Source of the DNA: Bugula neritina
Taxonomy: Eukaryota > Animalia > Bryozoa
DNA: 64,000 nt
Direction of reading: 5' to 3'
Assembly (NCBI GenBank): GCA_964035545.1
Contig: OZ037765.1
Location: forward strand, 29,387,504 to 29,451,503
Shown: piece by piece, positions 24,470 through 38,868 of the stretch
Numbering within the stretch: the first letter of the stretch is position 1
How the letters are laid out: the number at the start of each line of letters is the position of its first letter
The notes under the pieces: generated by a model
The model's input: only the letters and a program-made list of their open reading frames with translations
The model's database searches: none
Told to the model about the DNA's origin: nothing
Translations under genes and position numbers: made by a program

Positions 24470-27400
24470 TTAACCTCTCTCCAGGCGGCAGTTTGTCAAA
24501 CTGACATCATAGCCAGAATAGCCGAGATCACAAACGGCAGCGTTATTGGAGAACGACAGCTCGGGTACATCCATGTTTGGGTTTACATTCAGCTATAAAT
24601 AAAGTAATTATTGGTTATAAAATCAAAGGTTTTAGTGAATAGTTAAAGTTTTAATAAAATGCTTGAAGCTGAAGGTTATATAGAAACATATACAGAATGG
24701 CGAATGAATTTAACGATTGACCAAAAAAATAGGTAGAAATGATCGTCGAGTTTGCGAAAGTAGAGGTTTTTGGGTTTTAACTTCAAATTAAACCAACAGC
24801 ATAACTCAACAGTTTTAAAGAAAAGCAAATTTGATTGGATACTCTTTCTAACATCGACGATAATGCTGGGGTATGATTCACCAGCCTAACTCCGCAAATA
24901 TTATGAGACCAGTGATTCTTACCTTCATGCTCATTGGTCTATAGCTACTTTATTTAACCAATGACAGGACACAATATATTTACAGATTGAGTAAATCAAC
25001 AGACTAACCTTGAAAATATAGTTTCCTGGCTTAAGATCTGTAATATCAATCCATTGGCAGTCAATGTCATGTTTGTACACATCCGCACAGCCAACAGATA
25101 TGCCTGCAAAATTGTATGTGGAAATCATCTAAAGAGATGTTCATATTATTTCAGCTTAAACAAGACTCGCAATAACCGTCAACGTGTATTAAAACATTAT
25201 GTATACAATATTCTATAGAAGTCAATGGTAGCAGATTTATAAATAGCTGCAAAATTACCAGATAATTAGATAAAAAAGTTATTTACGTAAAAATGTATTG
25301 TGCAATTGACTATAAATCATTTCACAGTTTTAAAGAACTATGTATTTGCATGTTCTGGGAATATCATCTTGGGTTTCCATCTAATTAAAGATCCATAGTT
25401 GTTTAAAATTAGCAGACAATTAGTTTAGTTTCAAAATATATTTTTATTTTAAAGATTGATGTTAACTCTAGTCTTCAAACTCTCAAATTATCCTTGAACT
25501 TTCCTTGAATCTGTTAGCTATGATCAAATGTAGTCACTTTATACAGTAGTACCTTGCTCACTGTGGCCTTCACAGGAGTACCTCTTAGAGACTCCATCTT
25601 GACAATGCACATCCTCTAAACAGAAACTAGCTTTGTGTCCTTCTGCTATCCTCACACCTCTGTGGTCCATGACATCATAGTGAGTGAATACATCCATGCT
25701 GTGGTAATGCCTGCGGTACAGCAACAGAGGGTGCTACAGAGTTATGTTGAGTTTTTCTCTTTTAGTATTTATACTGCACATGACTACATGACAGTACTAG
25801 CAGTTTAATTTTAAATGTGATATTATTTTCACCAGAATGGTGGCACACATGCATAGATGTTAACTTTTCAATTCACTAGTTTCAAAGAGCCAAATATATC
25901 AAGTATGGTATAGCATAGCATGCTACATTATCTACCTATCGGAGAGTTATTGCAATTGCCGAAACCCCTAAATAATTCTATTAAAACTTTATGGGTGCTA
26001 ATAAGTAACAACTGAAACTGATACACTACTTTATGCTATAAGAACAATAATCCATCTCTCACAATACTTTATCTTGTGTTCTAGTTATCAACCTCAAATA
26101 GAGATACTAAACAACTTAAGTGATGGTACTGAGATCGCATGATAACACACTCTTATACTGCACTATAAGGTATAATGAGGTTGAAGTGCTGCTGCCTAGT
26201 GACTCACATGTGACAAGAATGCCACTCCCACTGTGAACTGTGCTGTTTTGGTCTAAAGTCAGCAGTTCCATTGTTGAATATACTTGAAGAGAATCTCAGC
26301 AGTCTACGACTCATTTGATTCCAGTCTACAAAATACTGTCTGCTGTAATATATTACATAATATATAATGTCTAGTGCAATACGATATATATAATCTCTAG
26401 TATATACTGTGTTTGTTTGTGTTTGTAGCATTTATAATAAAATTGATGAGTATCTACTCAACTCCGCAAGTGGAATATGCATGTTATTAAAACTTAAGCA
26501 CTAATCTACATTATTCTCTATGGCTAATCAGTAAATACCACCACCACTTGGTCAAAAAAAATTGATACAATTAAATCACCTCTTCGAGTTTCTTTTAGCT
26601 CATATGCAGATGATGAAAGACAATTCTCTTCCATGGCACAGGTTAGATATGCTAAATAGAGGTCCTTTATCCGAACAGACTCGACCAGGCTAGTGATGTT
26701 TGGTATGAGGTCCGGTAGCACTGAAACAAACTGTCTTCGTGTAGTCATACAGTATAAACTAGATCTATGATATTATTGTAATGTGGAGTTGTCACCTTTT
26801 TTATTAGGGCAAGTTTACAGTTGCCCACCAGGGCATCATCATTTGAAAAGATTAATAACTATTTATTACATTGCACTCATGTTCAAAGTTTAATAAGTTT
26901 TTACATCATGAATATTTTGCTAGCTGCTTAATGTAGCGTCATGTTTAATAGGAAAGCCATACATTCTCTGTATATGCTTAAAGCAGTATACTAGCCAGTG
27001 AATAGAAACCACATGCTTAAAATTTCCGAGCATTGATTGTCTGAATAAAGTTATTTGCCTCAATTTCTGCCATGTGTTAAACGATTTTATTAAACCATTA
27101 GGAAAAAGAATTGTAACAATCAATATATGTAGCAGAACATTTGGTAATTATTTTCAGAAAATCTTCGTCATGGTTTTAATAATTAAATTCTCTAACACTG
27201 GTATAGCTGCTGGAACCAATTAGAAATTTTATTTCACGGAATTTTAAGGCAAATATTTCACTGTGGATAAAAAGTTGAGATGAATAAAATAAATAATAGC
27301 TATAAGGACTAGATGTGCAGATTGTACATGGTAAATACGTAGGCTGAAAATTCGTACTAGTGTTACGCCTTGCTGTTAAATGGACATGCATGGTACAACC

Positions 27401-30400
27401 TGCATGCATAACTACTTTATTTCTTCTATGTTGCAACACTTCATACAAATAGTGGGTATTTTAATGAAGAGACATGAAACGATGCCATTCCAGCACTTCT
27501 CTAACCTGAATTATACTAAAAAGTACTAGTAATATGTATAACATCACTGTTAGAGTCGGCCATTGAAATCATCACAGTAAAGTAGTACAGTATAGTAGTA
27601 TTTTAAATAAATGGTTTATAAGCTTGCAATAATAATATCTACACAAATAGCATACAATGAATTTGACCTTCACCTTTAGTACACACAGCACCAGCCACAG
27701 CCTGAGATCTGGAGCATTTGTTCAGGTTGGTGGCGTTTGCCCGGCATTCTAACAGACTATTTTCATTCCCGACGCAATCTATGCTATGTAAGATTTTCTT
27801 TTCACTCCTTCCTCCAAAGAAATCTGACTGTAATATATTTTATATCATATTGCTAATGTAGTAATAATTTGTAGGTAATATTTAAATAATAATTAATAGA
27901 TTTATAACAATTCCATAGTTTATATACAAGTTTCATGCTGGCTATAATTATCTTCATTTCCAACACTTATACAAGTTTATTTATCATTACCACACTCTAA
28001 AAGGGTTTTTACATTCAATTATAAAGTTATAAATCATAAAGTATATTGAAAAGAAATTAGTATGTGCATTGATATAACTACATCTTGTAGAGCAAACAAC
28101 TTCCAACAGCATGCTGTAGGTAAACTAAAACGTGATCTTAATAGCCAATCTAAAAATAAAATAATCCTGTTAGGCCCAATGTAGCGTATACACATTTACC
28201 AAGATAATCTAGCGTGGGGTGTTGGGGTGTGGCTAGGTTAAAACACAATAGCTTCTTGTAGAAGGTATACATTCAGATTTGAATGTTCGGATTTCCCTTT
28301 CAGAACTGCATGCTGAACAATATCATTGCTTCTTCCAAAAGCAAGTTGTATAAGTTTGAAACAAAACGATGCTACCTGCATATACATATATTATTAGCAG
28401 CCATCACACCTGTAGTGTGAACATGTAACAGAAGTCAGGCTGATTTTCAGTTCACTGGTTAAGGTCAAACATAAAATTCCTATCGATTAACCTCTCTATT
28501 ATCATTGATAGCGTCTTCACTTTTAAAGCTGTCATGGCAAATCCTGTTTCTTCTAGAATGTTCGAAGACATCTAATCACTAGGAAATGCAGACTTAGGTT
28601 TTTAAGTACAGCCATTAAATTATGTGCTTGAATTATGCAATTAGTCATACAATAATAGACAAGAAATAGTTTCTAAAATTTTTCTGACCCCAAGTATGAC
28701 CTCGCTGACCTACAGAAATGCTAATAGTCAGCATCACAATATCATTAACATCTTCAGCATTTTAGATGAAGATATACTGGATTTAAATCACTATGAAACC
28801 AATTTACAGTGAGCCTATGTAGCATTGCACAGTTACACGTAGCAACAAGTAGCACATACGTACTGTGTTCTATTCAATATATCAGCTATATAGGCTATAG
28901 ACTACTCATCTACAATTAAATGTTGTACCACAGGCTATTACTACCCTCTAAGTCATTACCATAATTATATGGTAAACTATTAAATGCTAAAAACCTACAT
29001 GTGAAGTCAAAAGACAGCTTGCTACAGAAACACCCAAACAGCTTTTTCAAGAGTTTCAGTGTTGATAAAAGCTTACAGTAATGTTTTAAGATATGTTCTA
29101 TAGACCAGTGAGAGTATATAATGGTTATTACATAGCAACCTAAAATACCTAGCAACACTTTAATAGAAAAAAACAAAACTTACTAGGCAATTGACTTATA
29201 ACGGAAGTGGAAATATCTCTATAAAATGCAAAGCTAGCTGAATACAATACTATATACTAACCACTGTAGCCCGACTTGCATAGTGTAGCCCAAGTTCTTT
29301 ACATAATACCATAGCCTCAGGCAGTCCCCAGTTGTCCGCACATACAGTTCCAGTGTCACCAGAAATCAGCTCTACACTGAGGTAGCCTTCATTGCGATTT
29401 CTCCCATTTTTAAGACTTACTGCTTTCATTATCTGGAAATTAAATCATATATGTTACCACCTATAAGGAAGCCAGTGCATCTCAATTATTGGTATTTAGA
29501 AGATGGAGTTCTTTTCTAAAGTTTATTTGCATGACAAAAATCTTCCTTCAATGATGAAAGTTTGGGAAGCAAGTCTTGTCCCCAAGCAATGACCAGGTAT
29601 ATATACATCCACTGTTGGTAAACTTAAATATAAACCTCCAAATTAAATAATTTCAAACACTCCTGTAAATATTTTCATTAACTTGGCAGTATTTATAGAA
29701 ATTAAAAATTCGCATCCGAAATTCTAACTAAAGATTTAAATTACAAATCATTGAATGAAAAATAAAAGTCGATTGAGAAAAAAAATTATTCAAAATTTAA
29801 AATTGAACATTTTAAATTCAGTTTATCTTACTGGAGGTGAAATTGTTTGCTGTAAAGAGGCCTTGTAAATCTTGTTTGTTGGAGGTACATTTGAGTTGTG
29901 ACCTTGAACTTGTCTTATTCTTGGTTGCCTGTTGTGAGGTGCTGCGAGGTTTCTAGCTTCAATGTAATCTAAAACCAGAGTATTGGGTTATAATGCATGT
30001 ATATACTATATGTACAGGTCACCAATAACTTTCTGCTTTATGCAGTGCTTAATAGTTGAAGCCAATTTTCAAATAAAGCACAGAACTATGCTTTGCAAAA
30101 AACTGAATTTATGTATTTTTATTTTCAAAAAAACTGATCCGAAATATGTGGCTAATATTCAATGTACTACAGATATTTTATTTTTCTCAGAGTTCCTACT
30201 TTGCTTGGAGTTATAATCAAACGGCTTTAACTAAATTATTTCGGTGAAGTTTGATAAAAGAAAACATTTTAACAGCGACAAAGAATAGAATAAACCGTGG
30301 ACAACCCAGGAATGCACTAACGAACTTGCATATAAGGTACCTGGTGTTGAGGTGGTAGTAGAGGCAGTAGTGGTGGGTGTAGTGGTTGGTGTAGTGGTGG

Positions 30401-32616
30401 TTGGTGTAGTGGTAGGTGTAGTGGTAGTGGCTGTCGTTGCTGTGGTTGGTTTGGTGTTTGACCTAGTAGCTGCTGCCGCACCATCGTAGTCGCACTCCAC
30501 CCCTGCTGCTTCTCTAGGTTTGCAGTTATGCTTGAGCCACCCCCTGTGACGGCACATTCCCAGGTTCTTCTCATACCCCACACAGAGAGTATCATCTAGG
30601 AATATCTTGTCTGCAACATAAGAATAACCAGCACCAGGGATTAGTCTAAGAATCTTTACTCAGTTTCTTCTGATTCAAGAGTTTATTAAGGAATTTTTTT
30701 TAGTGACTCCACAAAAGCTTCACTAATTTAATTTGAAACAGATACGTCTTCGGTTATAGAAGTTAAAAGCTGCTTCAAAGCTATTTGTTGTACACGTTTT
30801 CACTGGTTATGTAACAGTGAATATTTGATATGCTACGTGCTGAATACCTTACACAATCATATGTAGGCTGGAGAGTCGGCCTACATAATCATTATAGGTA
30901 ATGAGAAACAGCTGGGTTTAACATCCATCTGCAGGGGTTCAGCTGTTCTCAAACTTGCAAACTAAATTAAACTATAAAAATGAGTGAATCATTCACTGCA
31001 CAAGAATAATTTATACATCCAGTAAATCAGAGAGCTAGAGTATACAGGACTCTAGCAATTACTCAAAAATAAAAATTAAACACAAATTGAACAGATAAAT
31101 CACCACAAGTTTCTGCTAAAGAATAAAGTTCTATAAAATATTCAAATATTTTTATTCTTTCAATTTCTCAAGTAACTAAATGCAAACACAAACAGTAAAA
31201 CCAAATTTAATTTGTATTTTTCCAATTCTAAGCAATTGGGTGCCACTGCAGTTTTTTTTTTGTAAAACTGCTAATATTCGAGTAAAGAAACTTTGGAGCT
31301 AAACTCTTACAAATACCATCTATTACAAATAACAAAATACGGAACATTTGCATGCACAAACACAGTTTTGTTATTCTGTTTTAGCAAATTGAGAATTTTT
31401 TCACTAAGATCTTTCATATATTAACCAGATAATTCAGTTTGATTGAAGCTGCAGGTATTTTAACCTCACATATCGAGACTATAACATAGGAGCATCAGTT
31501 GGAAAATTAAACTGGAATTAAAAATATTTTCTATTGAAAAATTAAATCTTAGAAGCTATTCAATTTATTTCTGTTCACAATAATTGTTGCTAAAAGGAAA
31601 CTTTATGCCTGAATATATTTTGAGCTAGAAAAGACTTGAATGGATGCAGCTATAGTAGGCTTACAGGCCCAACCAATGCACTAAAACTTTCTTAGTTAAG
31701 GTATTTATAGTTCAATCAGTCCAACCCTGTAAAAATTGCAATTTATACTTTATTATGGCGTCAGAGTCTGTCTAGAACAATAAAAGCACAGATTCTTATG
31801 TAACCCAGTTTTAGATATAATAGCTATTGCCTGGCACACAGCTGTTTTACTCTTCAATTGCACTTCCGATAGGAATTTGATGCGTGAACTTCATGTGCCC
31901 AACATGAACTTTAATGACGTATACAAAATTTTGTAAATGAAGATTTTGTAACCAAAATACTTATTTTTCATGAGAAAATCTAATTAATGTTTACAATTTA
32001 CCCTTCAAGGATGTATTGAAAAAGTTCCCGGTGGTGACAGCCTTAACTCGGCCATATCCTAGTTGGTTGCAGACGACAGTAGCAGCTCGGATTTTCCAGT
32101 TGTCATCACAAACGATTCCCCATTCCCCTCTGTAGCTCACGTATACTGTACCTTCATACGGCCCCCTTTATACAAATTCAAGTAACGTTGTAAATTATTT
32201 TGGATTTGCAGCTACGACACAGCCTTTTAAAAATCACATCATATTATTTGTAACTTTTACAAATTGTTGATAACCTATAGAAACGGTTGTAGATGCACAA
32301 ATACAAATTATTATAGCTGCCAATTTCTACATATAAAAATAACAATCGGGTCAATAAATTAAACCACATTTTGAACTCAGTGCAATTCCATTGCTTTATA
32401 ATATAATTACTTGGAAAAACACTTCAACACATTTAAAACCCAAATATTTCAGCAGTACACATTAAATAAGTTCAAGTGAAGGAAACAGGCAGATGATGAA
32501 ATAAACTAAATGCATGCAGCTTACCTTCCCCCAACCAACTTCACTTGTGTCATGTATCTTTGGGCTGCTGCTACAGCAATCAGGGCTAGAATCACAGTCA
32601 GCTGTATTGTGAGCAT
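24470..32616 (-). CDS. LOXL: Lysyl oxidase-like protein (signal peptide, SRCR, Thr-rich linker, SRCR, LOX domain); exons 32616-32525, 32165-32002, 30610-30341, 29968-29832, 29432-29262, 27827-27674, 26720-26580, 26325-26208, 25710-25553, 25103-25009, 24592-24470
   Basis: Signal peptide [22 protein letters not shown] motifs [17 protein letters not shown] and [12 protein letters not shown] motifs [24 protein letters not shown], copper site [17 protein letters not shown] Lys ([10 protein letters not shown]) and Tyr ([16 protein letters not shown]). All 10 introns are GT-AG and phase-compatible. Confidence 0.95.
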
Positions 32617-34208
32617 GATGTATTATGTCTATTACACAGTGTTTACTCAGTATTATACAAGATCTATAAGGTATTACACTATACTTTCTATCAAGTATTA
32701 CACAACTTCTACTTAGTATTACACTGTAGCTCTATGCTGACTATAAATGAAACAGCTGACTTGTGAGGTAACACACCGAACCCTGCTGACACGGCTACTA
32801 CAACTGTTTGATATACAAAACTAGCACTGCATTTATTAGCAAATATCCTATCAAAAATGCACGTATGCTGTTGTAACAAATGGGAACCATATGATTGCAT
32901 TAAACTTATCATCATTGCATACTATAATCACAAAAATGCAGCAGACTTTGAAAGGTGTGTGTAGTGTCTGGTAAAATGATTATAAATTAGGTTTTTGTTA
33001 CAAAGTTCACACCTAATGTGAATAAATGGCACATGTATGTGCAATATGCAGCACCCCTGTTTATTAGTCATTGCAAAAAGTAATAACGCACGTGCAGGTG
33101 AAAAATTAAATTGTGTGCGAATGGGTCTCCTGTATTATCACTGGTTCACATTTTTAGTACAACAATAAACTACAGCTATTAAACTGTTTTAAGTGATTAC
33201 AAAATCTAGATTCTAAATTCTAGAAATACATTTACATGTTAAACTTCAATTTACACTTGGAGCAGATATAAATAGACCTATATTATATATGGAACTACAC
33301 AATCAATACAGAGATCAGCAGGTTATAAGTTAAAATATATTGTAGTAGTAATCAATAGCAAAACTTACTAACATTTTGAAAGCCATTAAAACTTGAAGCA
33401 TGCTTTGCATAGTAAATAATAGTTTTGTTAACTGATTAAAGTAGTAATATTTTATTGAGCTGTGCATATGACTCAGCACTGAAGATAAGAATGCTGTTGG
33501 CTGTTGAGTATCTTGGTAGTGGGCCGTCATTAGTGAGTGAAAACAACCCAAATGCAAAATGTTACAAATGTGGAGTTATCTTCCCCATGATATATGCATT
33601 CAGTCTCATGTTACTAGAGTTATATGTAAATTTGTTCCCCCACTATCCTTTGTTTACTTTAGAAAGCCGAGGTCATCATATAATTTATAATGCTTTGTGA
33701 ATTGGTCAGAGAATGTATACAAACCGTTTTATTGCCAAAACAAACTGTATACTAAGTTGACCAACATATACATCATTATCACAGCTGATGAGCCACGGCT
33801 GTAGCAGTTGGGCTTACAGTTGCTGTATTTATAACACAGTGTTGAAGTGTATATTCAATATTGTTAGGAGTTATTCTCTCATGTAACTATTAGCCCGAGA
33901 CGAAACCTCTTTAGTTGACAGGATACGGGACTAAGACAGAAAAGCATTCCAACAAGTTTTACATAACAACAACTTTATTAATTAAATAGATAGAAAAGTC
34001 CGACACTTGTGCACCATGTTAATACATGTAATGTAGCCTACATGATGTAAAAGAAACACAAAATTAGCTTCAAAAACATTTCTGAATTAAGGAGGTTACA
34101 GACTATTGAAAAATGCTGAGCACAGATGACGGTACAGTGACATCCCCCTCCACAGTTGATCAAATGTCAATGAGTCAAAACCCTACAGAACACTAAAACT
34201 CTCCCAAG

Positions 34209-37200
34209 TTATAACTTGTGTGTGGTTCGGCTAGTAAAACCTCGGTTATAAAAGTCACCTCTACTCTTTTCATGATAATCTCTAGAGGGGTTCTCTGGGA
34301 TTTCTCCCTACAATGAGGTGAGGTGCAGTATTATAACACTCGTGTCATCTTCAGCAGTCAGTGTGAAATTGCATTTTTCAGCAGCCATATTAAAAATTAT
34401 ACCAAAAGATGTTTTTTATATTTCATTTACATAAACTACTTCTAGCATAAATTCCATAATAATTTAAAAACTAAACACATTCAAACAGTTCATGTTTAAA
34501 ATAAATTTGATCTAACAGGCCATCTAGGGACTGCATGAGTGTGATAATTTCAAAATTTAAAAATGGAGATTTTAAACCTGAACATAAATATTTCTTGAAG
34601 CCTGGATATCTGCTAGCACTGTCCCAATGCTTCATGCAATCTAAATACTATTTAGGGTGACCATAAGTTCAAGCAAAAAATCTTTTGAAACATCCATTCT
34701 AAAATTTAAATATTCTGCATTTTAACTTTTAACATAAATCCCGAGGGATATAGAGGCCACAAGGTCTGCCCACATTGGGGTGTTTCCTGAGAAACCAGCC
34801 GTCACTAAAATAGAATCGTGGTCTTTCAAATGACCAAGTTTCAACATGATGCTTTTCTTAGAAAGAATTCTGTATTTAATTGGAATAGACAATTTTTTTG
34901 CACAACATATTCAATTTTGACCACAGCAAGCCTTGAGAGGAAATACTAATTGTGCATAAAAATACAAGTCTTCAGCTGCTCAGCCAGTTTTAAAACAACT
35001 TCAGTTTATGCAGACGTTTCTAAAAGTGCAAAACCTGCAGTGTTTACCATGTCACTGGTTTATCCAAAGTGATGACGGCCAATAACAGGGTTTCTATAAA
35101 AACACCTCAACATTGCCAGACCTCTACCCTGTTAGTGTAGACTACATGTTACCTGACAGCAACTGTATATAATGTGTTAGATAGTTGATACTTACATTAT
35201 AGATGGGCAGCTTGTTAGAGTATGTATTAAATCCTTTGGCCTGTTCCCAGCTCTAAAATCAGACAAACAATAATATAACTTTGCAGAATGAAAATAACGA
35301 AAAACAGCGTTTCCGGTGTAGATGCTCAAACTTCCAGTATATGCAGCATAACTTATCAAACCCTTCATAAAATTCCATTACTTTAAATACAGTTGCCATC
35401 AAGATTGTTAAAAACACCCAAAAACAACAACAGTTAGTGTATTACATAATTTACAAGGGTAGACAACTTTGAAGTGTGTTTCGTTTAACATAAGATTTCT
35501 TTAATTTCAATACGATTTCAACTGTGATTATGAAAAATGTTGAAATTCCGAAAGTAATTTAAAATACGGAAACCCACTTGTAGAGCCACGAGTATAAGCA
35601 AAATCACAATTTAACATTATTCTCATCAGTTTAACCTGGCTTCTATGCACACAACTACACAGACGTGGACATGCACACAACTACACAGACGTGGACATGC
35701 ACACAACTACACAGACATGGACATGCACACAACTACATAGACATGGACATGCACACAACTACACAGACATGGACATGCACACAACTACACAGACGTGGAC
35801 ATGCACACAACTACACAGACATGGACATGCACACAACTACACAGACGTGGACATGCACACAACTACACAGACATGGACATGCACACAACTACACAGACGT
35901 AGTCATGCACACAACTACACAGACGTGGACATGCACACAACTACACAGACATGGACATGCACACAACTACATAGACATGGACATGCACACAACTACACAG
36001 ACGTGGACATGCACACAACTACATAGACATGGACATGCACACAACTACACAGACATGGACATGCACACAACTACACAGACATGGACATGCACACAACTAC
36101 ACAGACATGGACATGCACACAACTACACAGACATGGACATGCACACAACTACATAGACATGGACATGCACACAACTACACAGACATGGACATGCACACAA
36201 CTACACAGACATGGACATGCACACAACTACACAGACATAGTCATGCACACAACTACACAGACATGGACATGCACACAACATATTATTATCAGTACTGAGC
36301 ATCACTTACGGATTCGTTGTGTTTCATGTAGTCATTAAGGAAACAGAGCCCTGCTATAAACATAGCTGCCTTGGGCGCCATGAATCTGAACACACGAGCC
36401 TTCTCAATGCCCTATAAAAATGAAACAAGAAAAATGGTATGAACACATTATTTCATACTAAAGTATTGCATGGGAAGGAAGGGGGCTGGTATCACATTTA
36501 CTATATCAGTATGAGTATTAGTATGACGGGGTGAAGGTCATTTCGCACACAAGTCGTTTGGTAACCAATTTTTCAGGTCGTCTCTTACACATCAACATAA
36601 ATTAACTAAAATACATATTATTTGATATTTTTTGATATGTATTTATGATTTGTGGTTTGGGGTTAATTCATTATTCATTTTGTGTACAGCAGTTTGTGCA
36701 CAAAACGACTATTTTGAGCACGAAACGACTTGTGTACAAAATGACAGGAAGCCATATTAAGGCACCACTAAATCATTTTGATTTAGTATAGCAAGATGAA
36801 ATGGTGAATCAATATCAATATGCCCAAACTATAATACTAATAGTAATAGCCAAAAGGTTACTGATACTCGTACTAGGTACTGCTACTATTTAGTACTTGA
36901 CATGTATGGCTAGCAGTAACTGACTCTAACTCTTAATCTTAATCTAACAGTTACTCTAACTATTCTAGTTATTCTAAACTAGTATTAGTATTAGTATTAG
37001 ATTAATAATTAGTAAATATTAAACAAGTAATACTTTTAACTTATTAGTATTACTATAAGTTATAAATATAAGTATTCCTAATACTATTGATATTACTATT
37101 AGTATTAGTATAACTTCAAGTCTATAGGTAACTATAAGATTAAGTATTGTCTAAGTATAACTTAAACACAGCAGTAGCAGTAACAGTAAGTCAGTAACAC

Positions 37201-37623
37201 TAACACTATGACTATGAGTATGAGTATGACTAACAGCATAAGAATTAAGTTGAACTTGAAGAAGGCTGAGACTCAAAAAAAGTATCTCACCACGGACGCA
37301 GTGACATAGTTTGTTACATAATCCCAAGGTGCGCCGTATATACGTCTAAAAATGTTTTTTGGATGTAACTCTGGTATATATCTTGGCTCATTTTTGGATA
37401 GAACTTGATCTTGGATCCACTGGTGTCTCAACGCTCGGTCTTCGGCAGTCATTTTAAAAGGTAATCGTTCTCTTTCAAATGGAAAAGGTTCTATAGTCAT
37501 AGGAGGCAACTTGCTCTTTGAATAGTACATCTCTCGAAAAACTCTCTGCCTTCGCAACCATTCTGCTTTAGTTGCTTCTACATGAGCTTTTGGATCAAAC
37601 TTTGCTACACTATCGCCGGCCAT
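34209..37623 (-). CDS. NDUFB6: NADH:ubiquinone oxidoreductase subunit B6 (B17); exons 37623-37291, 36411-36310, 35252-35196, 34307-34209
   Basis: ERERL..MTAEDRALRHQWIQDQVLS.NEP, NIFRRIYGAPWD, a TM segment followed by YMKHNESSWEQAKGF, and C-terminal DFYNRGF match invertebrate ND-B17. All introns are phase 0. Confidence 0.9.
35645..36279. repeat. 26-bp minisatellite (~24 copies, atgcacacaactacacagacrtggac) in NDUFB6 intron 2
   Basis: Head-to-tail units without spacers. Accounts for the repetitive ORFs at 35665-36338. Confidence 0.97.
36528..36753. mobile_element. MITE-like element with imperfect terminal inverted repeats in NDUFB6 intron 1
   Basis: gtcatttcgcacacaagtcgttt (~36537) is inverted as aaacgacttgtgtacaaaatgac (~36723-36745), with extra aaacgact subrepeats. 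No clear TSD. Confidence 0.55.
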
Positions 37624-38868
37624 TTTTGACTTCTAACAGCGATTTGTATTGAAAAAAGATATTCGTATTCGGTGATTGCTGCGTTGCAAGATTAGCAACA
37701 GCTGGCAGTAAAGAAAAGACAACTCCATTAAAAATGGTTAGATACTATATTTTATTAGTAAAATAACATTATTGTATTATTTCTATTGCAACAAATAGAA
37801 ATCAATGTAGTGGAATGTTATTATGATCTTAATCTAGCTGAAAGGAGCAAAAATAGAACACAGATATTTTTTGTAGGTACGCTCTAGTTTTCCAAATGAT
37901 TCTAAAAAATATAATTCTCAGTGCTGGAATGAAGTAGAAAATTAGTTTTGTAATATTTTATTATACACATTCAAATTCTCTGTTACCATAATGTGTATAA
38001 TCTTTTGCAATCATTTTAAAAAATACTATTTTTACATTTTTAGTGCAAAATACTTATATGTATTGCATAAAATTAGCATCATGAATTTTTTAAAGCTGCT
38101 AATTTCACTATTATATTGTAGTAAACTGTGGGTTCTGAATGCAACTAGTGCCTACATGCTCTAGAAAGAATAAGCCAAGTATTTGAGTACAAATGAGGAT
38201 AACCTTTATTGTATCAGATACAGCTCATGTGGTCCTACTACCAGCGAGCTCCAGTAGTAGTCTGAAGCTACACTGGAAACTCGCCTGCTTTTATACACAA
38301 GAATTCACATCTAGAATGTTCCAACAGACAAAAGAAAGTTAAGCTTGACAGTAACAAAAGAAAAATAGACAAAGGAGAATGAATAATTCAATAGGCCAAG
38401 AATTTAGCTATAATAACAACCTATTGAAGGCATTCATAAAAGCTACACAAATTTCCAGTATCAGTATTAATGCAAAACGATGAAATAGCAAAAAGGGAAA
38501 ATAACTCTGGAAATGCGTATTTAATGAAAATTACATTATACTGAAAGCTTAATCACAATAATAAGGCATTAGAAAGCTAGTGCAACTTAGCTATAATTAC
38601 AGCATTCAAAACGATACGCAACAGTAGTTATAATACTGACTCACGCAGTTAAAAACTAATAGAGGGTGAAAATCCATTACATTCTCCCCCCATCGAAAAG
38701 CATCCCCTTTTCGATAGCAAAACAATGATTCCACACACAAAAAATAAAACACAAACGTAGAAAAATATGCGGTTAACAGGAAAGTATTATGATTAATCAC
38801 ACGTAACACGAGAATATTTACAGTTCAGTTGGCTATTGCCAGCGGCCCCTGGTTGTCCGGTTTTATCA

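Noticed and set aside
35645-36279. CRISPR-like array or repetitive protein ORFs
   Set aside because: Units are contiguous with no unique spacers, there are no cas genes, and the array lies in a eukaryotic intron. The ORFs arise from a 26-bp unit cycling through frames.
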